Assembly (NCBI GenBank): GCA_951406725.2
Contig: OX597820.1
Coordinates: forward strand, 99,014,001-99,078,000
Origin: Octopus vulgaris
Taxonomy: Eukaryota
Direction of reading: 5' to 3'
Length of the DNA stretch: 64,000 nt
This document shows positions 61,646 through 64,000 of this stretch, in pieces (position 1 is the stretch's first letter; the number at the start of each line of letters is the position of its first letter). The notes under the pieces were generated by a model. The model saw only the letters and a program-made list of their open reading frames with translations. It had not been told where the DNA came from and searched no databases. The position numbers were made by a program, and so were the translations under genes.

Positions 61646-62465
61646 CATGGTTTCAACTCATTCCAACAAAGGGTCTTGATCAAATTGTTAGACTTTTCTT
61701 CTTCACTATTAAATAATATATTCAAATTTCAGAACTTTTTATAACAAAAACAATTAATTTTTCAAAAGTTCTATACGTTATTTTTGTGCATGTTAAAAAG
61801 TGATTCTCTTAAGCATATACACTGTAGAGCCAAGTAAGGCAGTTCATAACCATATATCAGTATTTGGCATGTAAAACTGACAGAGCCTGTCTCTCCAGGC
61901 CACACTCATATCTTATAACAGCACCTCAAAAGCCCATCAATTATACAGCACTACAACTATAAACAGAAGTGATTTATACCACCTCAAGGTTTTATTGAAT
62001 TTAGTAGGACTGAACATTTCAATATCAAATATCCTAGCAAGCAGTAATAGAATACACATCATAGAACCTTGAAACAAGAAACAACAATTCTGTTCCCAAA
62101 CTCAATCCTCACAACGAGCAAAATGCTTAACAGTATTTCATCTGTCTTCGTGTTTCGAGTTCAAATTTCGCCAAGGTTAACTTTGCCTTTCATCCTTTCG
62201 GAGTTGATAAATTAAATTGCAGTGAAACACTGGAGTCAATGTAATCAACTAGTCCCCTCTCTCCAAACTTCAGGCCTTGCACCTATAGTGGAACGGATTA
62301 TTAAGCAGTTGCTGACTGGCCCCAACATGGTCCTGATCAAAAGCATTCCAGTCATAACATTCCAGACATTTTTCAGGCACAGTTCCCCATTGACTACATT
62401 GTCCAAAGTGTTTTCTCCCAAGTTAGAGAGATTGAAGTCATTGAAGTTCAGTTTGGATGCTTGTA

Positions 62466-62805
62466 AGTTAGTTAGTTAGTTAGTTAGTTAATTTTTTGGC
62501 TCAAAAAGCAAAAAGCAAGGCCATGTAGGGGGACATGGAGTTATGTACAGGGTGGTGTTCATGTAAAGAGTTCAGGCCACTTGTGGTCAAGGGAGACTTT
62601 AAACCGAGCGGTCGTCGGCATCTTAACTATCTCGTCCAGCAGCTTATTCCACAGAACCGCAACCCGGACGGAAAAAGCCCCTCTTCGATTGAGATGAAAT
62701 CGTCGCAGATAGAGCTTTTCGGAGTGACCCCGCAGCCAACGCTCTGGAGCAGGAGTGAAGAACAGCGCTTTCGAGAGGTTACACTTTCCGCTTATGATGT
62801 TGTGA
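62466..62805 (-). mobile_element. CR1/L2-group LINE 3' fragment (same family as 13011)
   Basis: HNIISGKCNLSK.LFFTPAPER.LRGHSEKLYLRRFHLNRR; (TAAC)n tail. Confidence 0.85.
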
Positions 62806-62930
62806 GGAAGGAAAAACATAGGTGAGAAAAGAATTTCAGAAGGCAACAGTTTAGAGAAGAAGTGCGATGGAAAGGTGAAACATAGTGAACTTCACAAGCA
62901 GGAGAGTTAATATGTTAAAATGAGACATAC

Positions 62931-63055
62931 GTGAATCTTCTCCAGTGGTCGACCAAGCAGTGATGTTGTATACTTGTGTAGACTCTCCAGATATTTTTGC
63001 TTGAAGTCTTTCTTTTCACTTTCCAAGCAAGATATTTTAAGCCGCGACAAAATGG
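62931..63055 (-). CDS. EXOC1: EXOC1 internal coding exon (125 nt); gene continues beyond the window
   Basis: tgtag|cc [41 protein letters not shown]|gtatgt; matches the recalled EXOC1 [11 protein letters not shown]...LG.PLEK. Confidence 0.93.
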
Positions 63056-63279
63056 CTACAAAGACAAATGAACGAATAAATTTAAGAAAACTATAGAGCA
63101 AAGTAAAAATAATTTTCTTCTGTTGTTTTGAAGATCTATTTTTCCAAAATTATCTGTGAGCGGTATGTATGTACGTACATACATATGGAGTGATATAATG
63201 AGAAAAAGGGAATCAAAGAGGGAAATGAAAGAGGGAAAACTAAAACTGGCACTTCATTGGTTATGACAATGAGGGTTTC

Positions 63280-63553
63280 TGGGAACAGCCTGCTTGTGAA
63301 ATTAACATGGAAGTGGCTGAGTACTCCACAGACACATGTATCCTTAACATAGTTCTCAGAGAGATTCAGCATGACACAGAATGTGATGAGGCTGACCCTT
63401 TGAATTATAGGTACAACTAATTTTTGCCAGACAAGTGGAGTGGAGCAACATGAAATAAAGTGTCTTTCTCAAGGACACAGCATACTGCTGGGAACAAAAC
63501 TCAATAACCTTACAATTGTAGGCTGAATACTCCCACTAAGCCATGCACCTTCA
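63280..63553 (-). mobile_element. SINE family B-related copy, CpG-decayed
   Basis: Aligns to 11469-11605 with CpG to TpG/CpA changes. Confidence 0.75.
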
Positions 63554-63578
63554 CTCACATAATTCTTTTATATGTCTG

Positions 63579-63929
63579 TCATTTGACTGTGGCCATGCTG
63601 AAGCACCGCCTTTAGTGAAATAGATAAACCCCAGCACCTATTCTTTGTAAGCTTAGTACATATTTTACTGGTCCCTTTTGCCGAACTGCTAAGTTACAGG
63701 AACGTAAACACACCAACATTGGTTGTCAAGCAATGGTGGAGGGACAAACACAGACACACAAACATAACGGACTTCTTTCAGTTTACATCTAGCAAATCCA
63801 CTCACAAGGTCTTGGTCAGCCCCGAGGCTATAGTAGAAGACACTTGCCCAAGGTGCCATGCAGCGGGACTAAACCCGAAACCATGTGGTTGGTAAGCAAA
63901 CTACTTACCACACAGCCACTCCTGCGCCT
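63579..63929 (-). mobile_element. SINE family A copy lacking the internal microsatellite
   Basis: Reverse-complement match to family A. Confidence 0.85.
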
Positions 63930-64000
63930 ATGTGTGTGTGTGTGTGTGTGTGTGTACACAGACACACTAACTACCTATGATAATTTGATGTGCTGTTGTA

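Overview
AT-rich, microsatellite- and SINE-dense animal genomic DNA. The SINE repertoire suggests a cephalopod, most likely Octopus (inference from recalled sequence). The only supported host gene is the 3' end of EXOC1/Sec3: four minus-strand coding exons between 63055 and 55553 with clean GT-AG sites and a continuous frame. Bases 1-45 kb are a transposon graveyard (Tc1, mariner, pogo/POGK-like, two hAT families, Tx1-like, RTE, CR1-like, HERO-like, four SINE families) holding two adjacent microsatellite-targeted retroelement nests. (1) 12.3-23.8 kb: five head-to-tail R4/Dong-type restriction-like-endonuclease LINE copies separated by (TAA)n tracts. One has an intact 1272-aa ORF and a ~2.5 kb (TAA)n tail. 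Their divergent 3' UTRs can all form a similar stem-loop about 30-38 nt before the tail. (2) 24.1-30.0 kb: a (TA)n nest built around a near-intact Penelope-like element of probable Hydra clade (RT, Asn-rich linker, C-terminal GIY-YIG, one in-frame TAG). It has a direct plus inverted pseudo-LTR carrying minimal hammerhead ribozymes, and further unrelated hammerhead modules lie nearby. Most ORFs in the supplied track are microsatellite or SINE artefacts. Coordinates were counted by hand and repeat boundaries are approximate.
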